Source of the DNA: Antechinus flavipes
Lineage: Eukaryota
NCBI RefSeq assembly: GCF_016432865.1
Contig: NC_067401.1
Location: forward strand, 110,856,001 to 110,920,000
DNA: 64,000 nt
Reading direction: 5' to 3'
A model generated the notes under the pieces. The model was not told the origin of the DNA. It worked only from the letters and a program-made list of their open reading frames with translations, and did no database searches. Positions 43,101 through 64,000 of this stretch are shown here, piece by piece (the first letter of the stretch is position 1; each line of letters begins with the position of its first letter). Made by a program: the position numbers and the translations under genes.

Positions 43101-44691
43101 AATGAGGGTGGGGCCACCTGGGGCCTCACAGCACCATCTCCCCCTCCCCCCCTCCCATCCCCACACCCAGAGCTCGGCTGGACTCAGCCCTGTGACGTGT
43201 GGAGCATCGGCTGCATCATCTTCGAGTACTACGTTGGCTTCACCTTGTTCCAGGTGAGGGGGAAAGGGCGCCTTGCATCACCCCCTGGTACCTACTTAAC
43301 CTTTCACCTTCTGAGAGTCCACCTGCCTGCTTTCCCAACCCATCATTCCTTCCCATCTCTGCCATTCAGAAGCTTTTCTGTCTCCTTAGCAGTTAATCTA
43401 TCATTCCCCCTGCCCCATGGACCATTTATCTCTTCATTTCCTCAGACTCATGACAACCGAGAACACTTGGCCATGATGGAGAGGATCCTGGGGCCCATTC
43501 CCTCTCGAATGATCAGAAAAACCAGGTAGGTGAGAGCCCAGCTTGGGTGAAGCCTTAATACTCATTCTCTTCCTCTGAGAAGTGGGATTTCCTGAGAAGT
43601 GGGTACATTTTCTCATCAGTCTTCTTTATACTTTTCATGGCCAGCCAAGGCCTAGGGATATAATAATAAAACTGATGTTTTTATAGTGCTTTAAGACTTT
43701 TAAAGTGCATTACATACATTTTCTCATTTTCTCATAACTCTGTGGAGTATTATCTCCTTTATAGATGGGGGGAAATGGAGATCAGAAAAGTCAATTAACT
43801 TGCTCACGGTTACAGAAAATCATATGTCATGTGTAGATTTCAAAGCCAGGTACTTAACCTGGCCCCCAAAACCAGCATTCTTTCTACTTAATGATGCTGA
43901 GATCGAGGTGGGGGAGTTCTCCTTATGAATGTGAACCCCTTGAATCCCCTAAACCCCCACCTCCAACAGGAAGCAGAAGTATTTTTACCGGGGTCGACTG
44001 GATTGGGATGAGAACACATCGGCTGGCCGTTATGTGCGAGAGAATTGCAAACCTCTGCGGGTGAGCAGGGTTGGGGACGGTGGAGTTTCAGACTGGTTTT
44101 AAATCTGGGGACTAGTAAAGGGGTTGGAAGGAATTGAAGGAAAAGTGTGATTAATGGGGGACAGAACGGAAAGACTGAAAACAGTGGTTAAGAAAAATGT
44201 CAGTCAGAGGTCAAGGCAGCATCCTGGATACCTAAGGAACAAATGCCATCTCTAACTGTAGGAAACATCAAATAGAAGACATAAGGAAAATTGGTTTCAT
44301 GTATCAAGGATGAGTGTCCTTGGGTACATTGAGCTGTGAAATCAAAGGAGTGTGTTGGGAGGTACATAAGATGGCTTATGGGCTACTGGTCTGGGGTAGA
44401 TACTCTTCAGAACTCAAAATCCAGCCTAAACAATCAAATCTGCCCACCATGGAGGGTCCCATCTCCCTGGGCAGCCCAGCTCACCCTTTTCCTGCCCTCC
44501 ACCAGCGATACCTGACATCAGAGGCAGATGAACACCACCAGCTATTTGACCTGATTGAGAGCATGCTAGAATATGAACCTGCCAAGCGACTGACCCTGGG
44601 CGAAGCCCTTCAACATCCTTTCTTTGCCCGCCTTAGGGCTGAACCTCCAAGCGCTAAGGTGTGGGACTCCAGTCGGGATATCAGCCGGTGA
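37231..44691 (+). CDS. CLK2: CDC-like (LAMMER) dual-specificity kinase 2 (497 aa)
   Basis: join(37231-37400,38080-38299,39025-39112,39460-39526,39696-39812,40998-41164,42031-42125,42937-43066,43171-43253,43446-43525,43970-44060,44506-44691) = 1494 nt. RS-rich N-terminus, [29 protein letters not shown]-terminal SRDISR. Confidence 0.97.
40152..40178. repeat. (TG)n microsatellite
   Basis: Direct reading in CLK2 intron 6. Confidence 0.85.
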
Positions 44692-45024
44692 CAACTGGGC
44701 CTGGGGCCCCTGGTTGCCTCTTCCGGCAATGAGTGGCCAATCTGGGACACTGGTGCTTTTTTATACAAAAGAATGGAGCAGGAGTAACTTCCCTCACCCT
44801 CCTCCTGGCTCCTTTGTAAACCTGTGAATATGTGAGATAGTGTAAATACAGCAGAGCTCTCTGGCCTTTATTCTCTTCCCTCTTTGAAGCCCTGTATATA
44901 AAGCTGTCCCTTCAACACCCTCTCGGGCCTTCATTTGCTCTTTCCAGCAGTGCTGGAGAGGGCGTGAGGTGGTGAGGTAGTACCTACCCTATGTTTTATA
45001 AGGAATTTTGTACAGTCTTTGTGA

Positions 45025-45030
45025 AATAAA
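45025..45030 (+). terminator. CLK2: CLK2 polyadenylation signal
   Basis: AATAAA about 335 nt after the stop, preceded by TGTA motifs. Confidence 0.8.
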
Positions 45031-45869
45031 ATATGATGTGCTTCAACTGACCCATCTGAAATTTGGAGTTCGGGAAGATGAGTTGGGTATTGAAAGAACA
45101 ATTGAGCATTTTCCAGATGGGGTCAAATCTGTCATTCCCACCTTATGAGTTTCCTATGGGGAAAATAACCGGATGGCTTTTGAGTGCTCTGAAAGGGGGC
45201 ACTACTGCCAGATCTCGAGGAACCCAATAGCGTGGCTAGGAAGCTGCCGGCGCTGGAGCGGGGCGGAAACCCCGGGAGCTGAGGCGGGGCCGCGGGCTGA
45301 GCGGGCCCTGCCGTATCTTAGTTGGACGTACCTAGGTTAGTGGAGATGAGGTGAAAAGCCACTGGTGCCTGGAAATTCCAGATCGCAGGGCGGGGGAGGG
45401 GGGAGAGGGGTGCTTGCGGTTACGTGGTAAGCAATGGGATCCGGCCCGAGGGGAAAGTGCCGGAGGACATAGGGCGACAGGGTTTCCCACAACACATGGG
45501 GCCAGAACTTGAGCGTTAATGGCGCAGTGCCTACCGGGAGGCGTAGTTCTTCAGCGAGAGTCACATGAGGAAGGGGGCGGTACCCAGAGTCCGGACTAGG
45601 ACAGACCAATAATTATCTTTTACTTCCGCTTTGGGTTTCGGCGCATGCGTGGTCGTCCCCTGTTGCAGGGATCCCCTAGATTCTTCCGGTCCTCACGGCC
45701 AATCAGAGCTCTTGGGAAGCGGGGCGGGCCGACAGGGACGAGGCCCCGCGAGCCGCTGCCGCCGCCGCCGCGGAAGAGGCGGTGGAGGGAAGGAGGAGGA
45801 GGAGCAGGAGAAGGCTGAGCTGAGGCCGAGGCCGAGGCTGAAGCCGAAGCCGAGGCCAGACCTTCCGAC

Positions 45870-51049
<5,180 letters not shown>

Positions 51050-51381
51050 AGTTCTCCTCACCTACTTTTTCCCTCCCCGGCTGGACACCCCAACCTTGGC
51101 TCTGGATGAAGCTGGCTCTACTCCCCTTAAATCCCCTTAAATCTCTCCTAGGATCGATTTTAGGGAAGGACGGATACTTTTATTCGTTGTCTCTTCTCCT
51201 TTACCTGTGGCCGTGAGAACTGGCTGCCCAAGAGGGTGAGGGGAACCCAGGGGTGCTGCTCCCAGTCCCAACCACTGCCCAACTCGGCCCCCTTCCCCAG
51301 GCCTCTCTGTGCTGCTGTTCCCCCCTTCCTTGGGAGCCCCGCTTCCCTTTGCTGTGCCAAGGCTAATGCTTCAGTTATTTA

Positions 51382-51387
51382 AATAAA
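51382..51387 (+). terminator. SCAMP3: SCAMP3 polyadenylation signal
   Basis: AATAAA about 333 nt after the stop. Confidence 0.75.
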
Positions 51388-52543
51388 GGAAAGTCGAGCT
51401 TGGAGCCGCGCCTCCGCGTCTTCGTGGGGAACCTTGGGGAAAAGGGGTTTGGGGCCAACGGGGACTGGGCCCCAGAAGCAGCGCTGCCCGCGGGGAGGAG
51501 GGGCCTGGGGGAGAAGCCGCGGCTGCCCGGAACCAGCTCTTTGCCTGGGGGAGAGCTAGAGTAGGGTGGGGCAGGATGAACTCGGGAGATAAATGCGAGG
51601 ATAAGTGGGAGGTCGGGAGTGAATGGCTCCGGCTGGGATGGGCTACTCAGAGCCAGAGTGGGGGGGAGGGGACGGGGAGGGCGTAGAGCCCGCTCCGCCC
51701 CCTCCTCCCCACTTTAGTGGTTCCAGGACCCGACTACAGCTCCCAGCCTGCTCCGCGCTGCTCCTTTTCACTCCACCCCTCCTCTCCATCCCCCATTCCC
51801 TCCCCCCAACCCCGTTGCCTCCCGCTTGGACCTGCTGCAGCCAGGATCCCGGGGAGCCGAGCTGGGCTGGCCGCCCGGGGAGCCGGCCCTGCAGCGGAGC
51901 CATACCCCACCGAGAAGCCCGGACGGCTAAGGGACAGCCCACCTGGGCCTCCGGACCCACCGGTCCGCCTGCCCTCCCCCGCCCGCAGGCATCCTCCCGC
52001 ACGCCGCTGCATCTCCTGTCCCATCCCAGCCCCTCCCTCCCGCCCCCCCACTCCTCCATCCCCACCCCAGGCCCCAGACTCTTTTCTGGAACCCATCCGC
52101 TGCCTAGCATCCGAGAGCCTACCTCCGTCTTCCCTGGGGGAATCTGGCCCCTCCCTGCTCCCCTCCCCCACCCCACATCCCTAGGGCGATGAAATGAACC
52201 GGTGCCCCCCCTCCCTCCGAGCCGCCCCCGGGCACTGTGCCCACCCCCTGCCTGCTGTGGGGAGAGAGCCTCCCGCTGCCCCAACGTGACCTCCGTCCCT
52301 GGGGGACAGGCGGATTCCCCCCTCCCCACCCCAGTCTCTTCAAGTGCCCTCTGACATCCTTCCAGCTGGAACGTTTGGGCCATGCACCCTGGGACCCAGG
52401 CAGGGGGGGCGTTCTGGGGCTAGGGGGTGAGGGGTGGGGGGGCAAGAGGAGAGAAGAAGGGAGTGGCCCTTGGGTTTCACTGAGATGCCCTCGGGTGCCA
52501 GGGGGGCACTGCAACAGAGGCAGGCGCCGCGGGGGTGGGCACA

Positions 52544-57734
<5,191 letters not shown>

Positions 57735-58101
57735 GCCCGACCCCACTTGCTGACTTCCACCTGGCTCTGACCTGGGTTCTGGGCCGCCCCGACACCCATC
57801 CGGCCCGCGTGAACACGGCCACGAGCTACCGGCTGGCATTGGACCAGCTTCTGTCACCGCCTCCTTGCACCAGTTGGCAGGAAAAAAATCTGCTGAACCC
57901 CCCGACCGATGTCCCTCTCCTTCCTGCTCTGGGTGGGGTGGGGGGAACGTTCCTTGCTGCTCATCCTTTCCCTCCCTCTCCACCCAGGAGAGCTTTGCTC
58001 ATGCACTGCATGGGGCTATGGGGCGTTGGGGGGAGGCTGCCTGGGGCTGTGCCCGCTTACAGCTGATACACGATGTGCGGGTGTTGGATGGAGGAAGAAC
58101 C

Positions 58102-58107
58102 AATAAA
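58102..58107 (+). terminator. ENTREP3: ENTREP3 polyadenylation signal
   Basis: AATAAA about 370 nt after the stop. Confidence 0.7.
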
Positions 58108-58899
58108 TTCTTCTCCTCCCCCAAGACTGTTATTGCACTCTGTCCCTTCTCACAGACTGGGCTCACATTAGGAACAAAGGCCAGGTGGGCGCTCTTTGAT
58201 TCCAAGTCCGGGAGGAGCTTTGAGGCTTCCGGAAGGCGGGGAAGCATGGGGTTGGGGAAAGGGAATACAGCCTCAGCGGTGGAATCATGAAGGCATTTTT
58301 ATAGCGCTTTCTGGACAAATACATTTTATCCCCACAACTCTGGGGGAAGGGGAGGCAAAATTACTATTATCGTCCCCATTTTCCGCTGGGAATCAGTCCA
58401 TGAGGCTCCACTGGAATGTCTTCCTAAGCCCACTGGACCATGGAGCTGCCCCTCCTGGAAGGCTGGCTGAGGTGCGCCCTCAGAAGCAGGGGCTGGGGGA
58501 GGGCGCGGCTGTGGCTGGAAACAGCCTTCTCTGTAGCATCGTGAATAATTCATGTTCATAACAGCCCGGTTGCTATCAGCTCCAGAGAACGGGAGACTGG
58601 GGAGGTGGGAAACGGGCTACAATCTGCGAATCAAACACAAGGGATGGGGACTTGGGAAGAAAGGGCTCGGGGTAGTGATTCCGGCATAGACCAGCCAGGG
58701 TTTGTCTCAGTTGGACACGTGGTTTTCCCTTCAGAGGTGCAAACAATGGGGCTATGGGGAGATTTAAGATTTAATGGGGGACCTGGGCAGGCTCCAAAGC
58801 TCTACTGTGATACTATGAGCAAGACACACTCACACTCAGTTTTCCCGCCTATAAAATAAAGCTCAAACTAAACATGCACTTCCAGGGTTGCCGCAGGGC

Positions 58900-60450
58900 T
58901 CGTGGGGGAGGAATGGGAGGAGGAGAGGGCACCAAGAACAGGCTCAACTCTCCTAGGACTTCGGAATTCTTTCCTCGGGTGTGGATATGTGAATACGCGT
59001 GCGCCCTAACCGGCCAATCTGGCTGAGGCTGGCCAGCAAGGTCTCTCGGTCATCCGAGGGGGCCAATGAGGGAGCGAAAGAGCCTTCTCCCCCTCCTCTT
59101 CAGCCTTCTTCCCTCCCAGGGGGTCCCCACCCCTCCACCCGGACGTTTCGCCCCTTCCAGCTTTCTGCGTCTTTGTTTCCTGGGCAGATTGTCCATCAAA
59201 GGCCGGGGCGGACCCCCTTCTCGTCCTGGCTCTCCTCCCTTCCCACACACTTTTTGCACCGTAAAGGAGTTTTCCTTCCTTCTTCCTCCTGGTGGGGCTG
59301 CTGCTTTGTTATGCAGCGTCCGGGCTCCGGCACTTTGATTCATAAATTTTTCCTCCGCTTTTGAGCACCCCGACTTTGATTTCTTGCTTTGGGCGGCCAC
59401 GGGACATAGGGAAAGAGCGCTGCATTGGGAGGCAGCGGGACGAAATGAGTTGCCCAGGCTCCAAGTCTGTTCCAGGCTGGCCATTCGGGGGTCCTGCCCT
59501 GAGGTGGGGGGCGGCGGCGGTACAGCTGGGATCCCTCGGCTCTCACCGATCGCCTCGTTCTCCGGAAGCGGGGGGGTTTTCTGACTCATGACCACTCTCC
59601 GAGATGCCAAGCAGGACAGAGGCTGCCGTGGTTCGCCCCCACGCCCGCCCCCTTTCAGCTGTTGCCGAAGCCCTCCGGCGCTGGGCTGCGGTTTTATTTT
59701 CTGTGGAAGCCCAGGTGCGGATAAACAGCTGCGCCTCCGGGATGCTGCAGCTGCTGCTGGGCGTGGTCGGTCCCAGGGATCCTTTCAGCCCGCACTTGAC
59801 CGGTGACCCACCCTACTGGGTGCCTTGGGAGTCCAAAGAATCAGAACCACAGATGTAGGGACTTTAAGGTCAAATGCCCCACCCCGCCCCCACACTTTTC
59901 AGATGAGAAAGCCAAATAAATACCCACAGTTTATAAATGTTAGTTATTACCGAATGCCTCGCCGGGGTTCCCGTAGTCAGTGACTGCTTGAGCCGCGACT
60001 ACAACCTGAGGCTCTAAACAACCACTTCGGGGTCCTTTACTGCCTCTTAGAAGAGGTTCTTTTGTTTATGACACGTTTATTAGCTTTGCCCGGGATGTAC
60101 AGGAGGAGGGAGAAGCGCGCGGTGGGAGCCGTGCAGGCAGGAAGACTGGAGGACCCGGGCCGGCGCAGGAGATTGAGCACCCGACGCCGAGTCAGAAGGA
60201 CGCGAGTTCGAATGCGGACTCGGGCACCGCATTGTTAGCGGAGATTCTGGCCTAGTCCCTTAACCCGGACTGTCTTCCCCTGATTCAAATTCTGCTTCAG
60301 ACACTTCCTCGATATAGGAAGTCACTTAACCCTATTTAAAACGCCTCAGTTTCCTCACCTGTAAACTTCAACTGGGCTCAGGAAGAGTTGGACGCGACTG
60401 ATAACGACTGAATAACTAGAACCACAAAACCTTCTCGGGGTCTTTTGTGA
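58900..60450. promoter_or_regulatory. CpG-island promoter of the next gene (probably GBA1, by synteny only)
   Basis: CCAAT 59014-59018 and 59063-59067, GC box, CCGGAAG 59562-59568, TGACTCA 59582-59588, candidate donor CAG|GTGCGG at 59714; no recognisable coding exon. Confidence 0.6.
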
Positions 60451-60699
60451 GGATCAAAATATAAAGCATTGGTGTTATAGAAGCGCTATGAGAAGCCAGA
60501 GAAAATTCACTGCCTGGGAGTTAACCTCACCCTACTTCTGCCACCCTTTAAAGAACTTAGAATTTTATTCTGAATCTTTAAAAAATCATTTAATAGACAT
60601 AAATGTAAAGTTTTAAATCCATTTCAGAGATGCAAAACTAGAACGTACCTGACAGCTTCTGCTTGAAGAAACTTCAGAGGAGGAACCCCCCACCTTTCA

Positions 60700-60830
60700 A
60701 GGAAACTAAGTCTTAGGCAGCTAGATGACACAGTGGATAAAGCAGAAGACTTGAGTTCAAATCTAACCTCAGACACTTACTAGCTATGTGACCCTGGAAA
60801 GTCACTTAATCCCAATTATCTTAAACACAC
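60700..60830 (+). mobile_element. CORE-SINE (MIR/WSINE-like)
   Basis: GGCAGCTAG..GAGTTCAAATC..CTAGCTATGTGACCCTGG..AAGTCACTTAA. Confidence 0.65.
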
Positions 60831-61239
60831 ACACAATGAAAAGGCTGGACCAAATGACCTACAGGGCTCCTTCCCACTTTGTCTATGATTCTATGACTTG
60901 CCCAAATGATGAAATGTTTAATATGACAGTGAGTCATGAATCTAAATCTCCTGATACCAGCCTAAGTGCTCTTTCCAATAGAAACCACCTTCACATACAA
61001 CTTTAAAGTTAATAAATACTTGTCCTAAAAAGAAATCTGTAGGCTAGGTAATGCAGATTATTATATTTTAATCCTATTTTATTTTATTAATTCCAAATTC
61101 TCTCCCTTTTTCCTTCTTCTCCTCCTCTTCCACCTGCTGATATGGCAAGAAAAGGAAAACAAACTTCTATATTAGCCTTGTTAAGAAAAAGAAAAGAATA
61201 GAAGAAAATACACTTCACAGGCTGATTTCTGAAAAGCCT

Positions 61240-61760
61240 AGAAAGACTTACAAGAACTGATGGTGATTGAAGCACGCAGAACCAAGAAAATATTGTATAC
61301 AGTAACATGATTATATGATAATCAACTGTGATGAATTTGGCCCTTCTCAACAACGGAGTGATTCAAGGCAATTCCAATAGATTTAGGATGAAAAATGCCA
61401 TCTGAAATCGGAGAGAGAACTATGGAGACTGAAAATGGAACAAAGGATAGTATTTTTGCCTCTTTGTTGTTTGCTTGTTTCTTTCTTTTGGTCTGATATT
61501 TCTTGTGTAATATAGCAAATATGGAAATATTTGAAAAGAATAGTACATATTTAACTTGTGTCAAATTGTTTGCTGTTCTGGGGAGAAGGCAAGTAAGGGA
61601 GGGAGAGAGAGAAATTTGGAATGCAAAGTCTTACAAAAGTCAATGTTGAAAACTATCTTTACGTGTATTTGGAAAAACAAAATACTATTTAAAAATGAAT
61701 GTCGAAAACTATCCCTATATGTATTTGAAAAAATAAAATGCTATTGAAAATTAAATAAAC
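61240..61760 (+). mobile_element. Old marsupial L1 3'UTR fragment
   Basis: AGAACCAAGA..TTGTATACAGTAACA..CAAGGCAATTCC..AAACTATCTTTAC pattern, ending A-rich. Confidence 0.55.
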
Positions 61761-62049
61761 AAAGAAAAGAAAAAGAAAATACAATTCAGTAGACTTTCAT
61801 TTACAGATGAGGAAACTCAGACACAAAAAGGATGATGCACAGGGCTACAAAGCTGATAATTGTCAGAACTGAAAGGTGAAGTCATCACTTCTGAGTACAA
61901 GACCAATTCACTCTTTGCATTACACAATGGTGGCACCCATATACTGCCCTCTGTCTCCAGAAACGTCATTCTTAAGAACAAGAATGAATGAGATGATGAA
62001 AAATGCTCTCCACCTCCAGAGAGAATTGATGAACTCAGAATCCAGATTG

Positions 62050-63430
62050 AAGCATACTTTTTTTTTTTTACTTTCTTTCCTTTTTTTATTGTAGTAAATT
62101 TATTTTTAATGCACATTGTTTTATGAATCATGAAAAATCAGAGCAAAAGGGAAGACATAAATGGGAGATATAAAACAAAAAAGAAAAAAGAAATAAACAT
62201 AGCATGTATTGATTTATATTCGGTCATCATAGTTCTTTTTCTGGATGTGACAAGGGGAGCCCCGAAATTCTCATTCTCTCTCTCAGACTTTGGGGGGAAA
62301 GCTTGGGAAACTCCCTCAGAGAAGTTCTCCTTTGAGAGACCCACCCCACGGAATCAAAATAAAATGGTTTCATTCTGTTATCTGGGTGGGACTAGTTGAG
62401 TCCAGGACCACTCCTACTTAGCAGGAGCTGGAGATTGAGATTTCTATCCAACTCTATTGAGTTGAAGATTAGTCCAGAGATACATTCAATTCCAAGATTC
62501 TCTATTCTGATCCCAGCTCAAACTTCTCCCAGCCCCCACCAACAGCTGTCCATAAAATAAGATTCCTTCAGCTCAATCCCTTGCAGAGAGCCTAATCATG
62601 CCAAAGAATCTCTCTCTCCCCTTCTACTCACTGAAAAAACATTACTCCGTCTTTAATTCTCTTACCTATTTCCCTAACAGGACCCTATCTACCTCTCTGT
62701 TGGGATTTCTCTGCTAGATTTTTCCTTCTCTGTCAGGACCTGCCATTAAGAAAGTCAGCCCTCTAGCAAAAGCTGATTTCCCAGTGCCAATAAACTCCTT
62801 TAGCCAGTTTAACTTTTCCGGTTCGTACATTCATTTACAAAGAACCTGCACTGACCAGAAGGGGTTCCCACAACTCCTTGCCTTGCACTGAACCTTATCA
62901 TTTGGTTCCCTGACTGGGAATCGAGGGGAGCCAAACCTCATCAGATGCAGATGGCATTTTCTGACTAAAGTCTATTGGGATTATTTTGATTCACTGAACC
63001 ACTGAGAAGAACCAAGTCTTTCATAGTTGATCATCGCACATTCTTGTTGTTATTGTGTATGATGCATTCCTGGTTCTCTTTGGTTTCCCTCAGCATCAGT
63101 TCATGTTAATCTTTCCAGGCTTTTCTAAAATCAGCTTGTTCATCATTTTTTATAGTACAATAATATTCCATTACTTTCATATACCAACTTTCTTTCTTTT
63201 TCTTGTTGGGTATATGTTCTTTTAAAACAAAGCTAATATGAAAATATGGTTTGCATGACTTCACACGTATAATACATTTCATATTGCTTGCTTTCTCAGG
63301 GGGTTTTGGGATAAACAGAGGGAGGAAGAGAATTTGAAATTCGAAATTTTTAAAAAAATGAATGTTTAAAAAATTTACACATAATTAGGAAATAGTTAAT
63401 ACTATAAATAAAAATTACATTTAAAAAAAT
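62050..63430 (-). mobile_element. Old L1 3'UTR-like fragment, split by the LTR at 62248-62943
   Basis: ATAGTTCTTTTTCTGGATG | CAGATGGCATTTTC continuity across the LTR TSD. Confidence 0.5.
62248..62943 (+). mobile_element. ERV1-like LTR, family copy 3
   Basis: TGA...TCA termini; exact TSD GATG (62244-62247 / 62944-62947); AATAAA 62789-62794; internal PBS-Glu 62903-62924. Confidence 0.9.
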
Positions 63431-63433
63431 GAA

Positions 63434-64000
63434 TGAAAGAACTCATCCCCAGCTAACACTCCAATCAAGTCAACCAGCTTTATTGAGCAGGTGGGCCAAA
63501 AAGCTACATATAGATATTATAATGCTAAAAGTAGACTTTGTCATCACCACTGGGAAACGGTGTTGAAATGGGTTGTAGTTCCTTTAAGTATTTCCTATTG
63601 ATCTGTGATTCATTTCAGATTCTCAGCCCCTCCTGGCTGAGGCATATCCTTCCCAGACAAGTTGTCTTTCCAGGATGCCAGAGCCTTTGATTCAATTACA
63701 AATCCTGGTCAAAAAGCATCCCTTTGAATTCCAATATGAGATCCAGGCTCTCCCAGCCCGCATTAGGACACTCAATATAAAAGAACCAAACTAAAATCCT
63801 CTCTTTGCAGAGGTTCCAAACATGCCAGCTATGCCATGCTTGGGATGCCAAGGGCCTCTCTCCACTGAAATATTCTCTTCCAGTGTTATCCTCTCTTTAT
63901 CCTTGCCTATTTCCCTAACCAGATTTTATGCTTCTCTGTCAGGATTTCTAACCTTACTTCCAATCCCCATAATAACTAGGTTTTCGGGTCTGTAAATTCT
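63434..64000 (+). mobile_element. Related LTR, family copy 4; runs off the window end, 5' boundary uncertain
   Basis: ATATAAAAGAACC 63775 onward and ATGCCA/CTGAAATATTCTCTT/CCTATTTCCCTAA blocks match copies 1 and 3. Confidence 0.6.

Noticed and set aside
62903-62924. tRNA gene or CRISPR-like repeat
   Set aside because: Only a 22-nt antisense match to a tRNA 3' end within an LTR; the repeated modules have no unique spacers and sit in a mammalian ERV LTR.
59900-64000. GBA1 coding exons
   Set aside because: No ARPC..SVVCVCNATYCD-like sequence found; the region is SINE, L1 and LTR material.

Overview
Mammalian genomic DNA, almost certainly marsupial (WSINE1-type CORE-SINEs, marsupial-type L1s; dasyurid origin is an inference). 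It is the orthologue of the human 1q22 cluster: PKLR (+, with both erythroid R and liver L first exons), HCN3 (-), CLK2 (+), SCAMP3 (+) and ENTREP3/FAM189B (+). A further CpG-island promoter follows, which by synteny probably belongs to GBA1, but no GBA1 coding exon was recognised. All five CDSs were spliced by hand through GT-AG introns into intact frames (PK-R 573 aa / PK-L 543 aa, HCN3 788 aa, CLK2 497 aa, SCAMP3 347 aa, ENTREP3 660 aa). Intergenic and intronic DNA holds L1, L2, CR1/L3, SINEs and six LTRs, several with readable target-site duplications. No CRISPR, rRNA or tRNA genes. Most unusual observation: an ERV1-like LTR family (four copies) whose three complete, TSD-bounded copies carry 1, 2 and 3 relics of a tRNA-Glu primer-binding site inside their 3' ends, suggesting stepwise capture of the PBS into U5. 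Other leads: a candidate non-AUG N-terminal extension of CLK2, an RE1/NRSE and a second promoter cluster in HCN3 intron 1, a candidate in-frame HCN3 cassette exon and uORF, frame-preserving stop-free ENTREP3 introns containing a G4-type VNTR, absence of the SCAMP3 PSAP motif, and PKLR promoter elements matching rat/human. All comparisons with human or rat sequences are from memory and need database confirmation.
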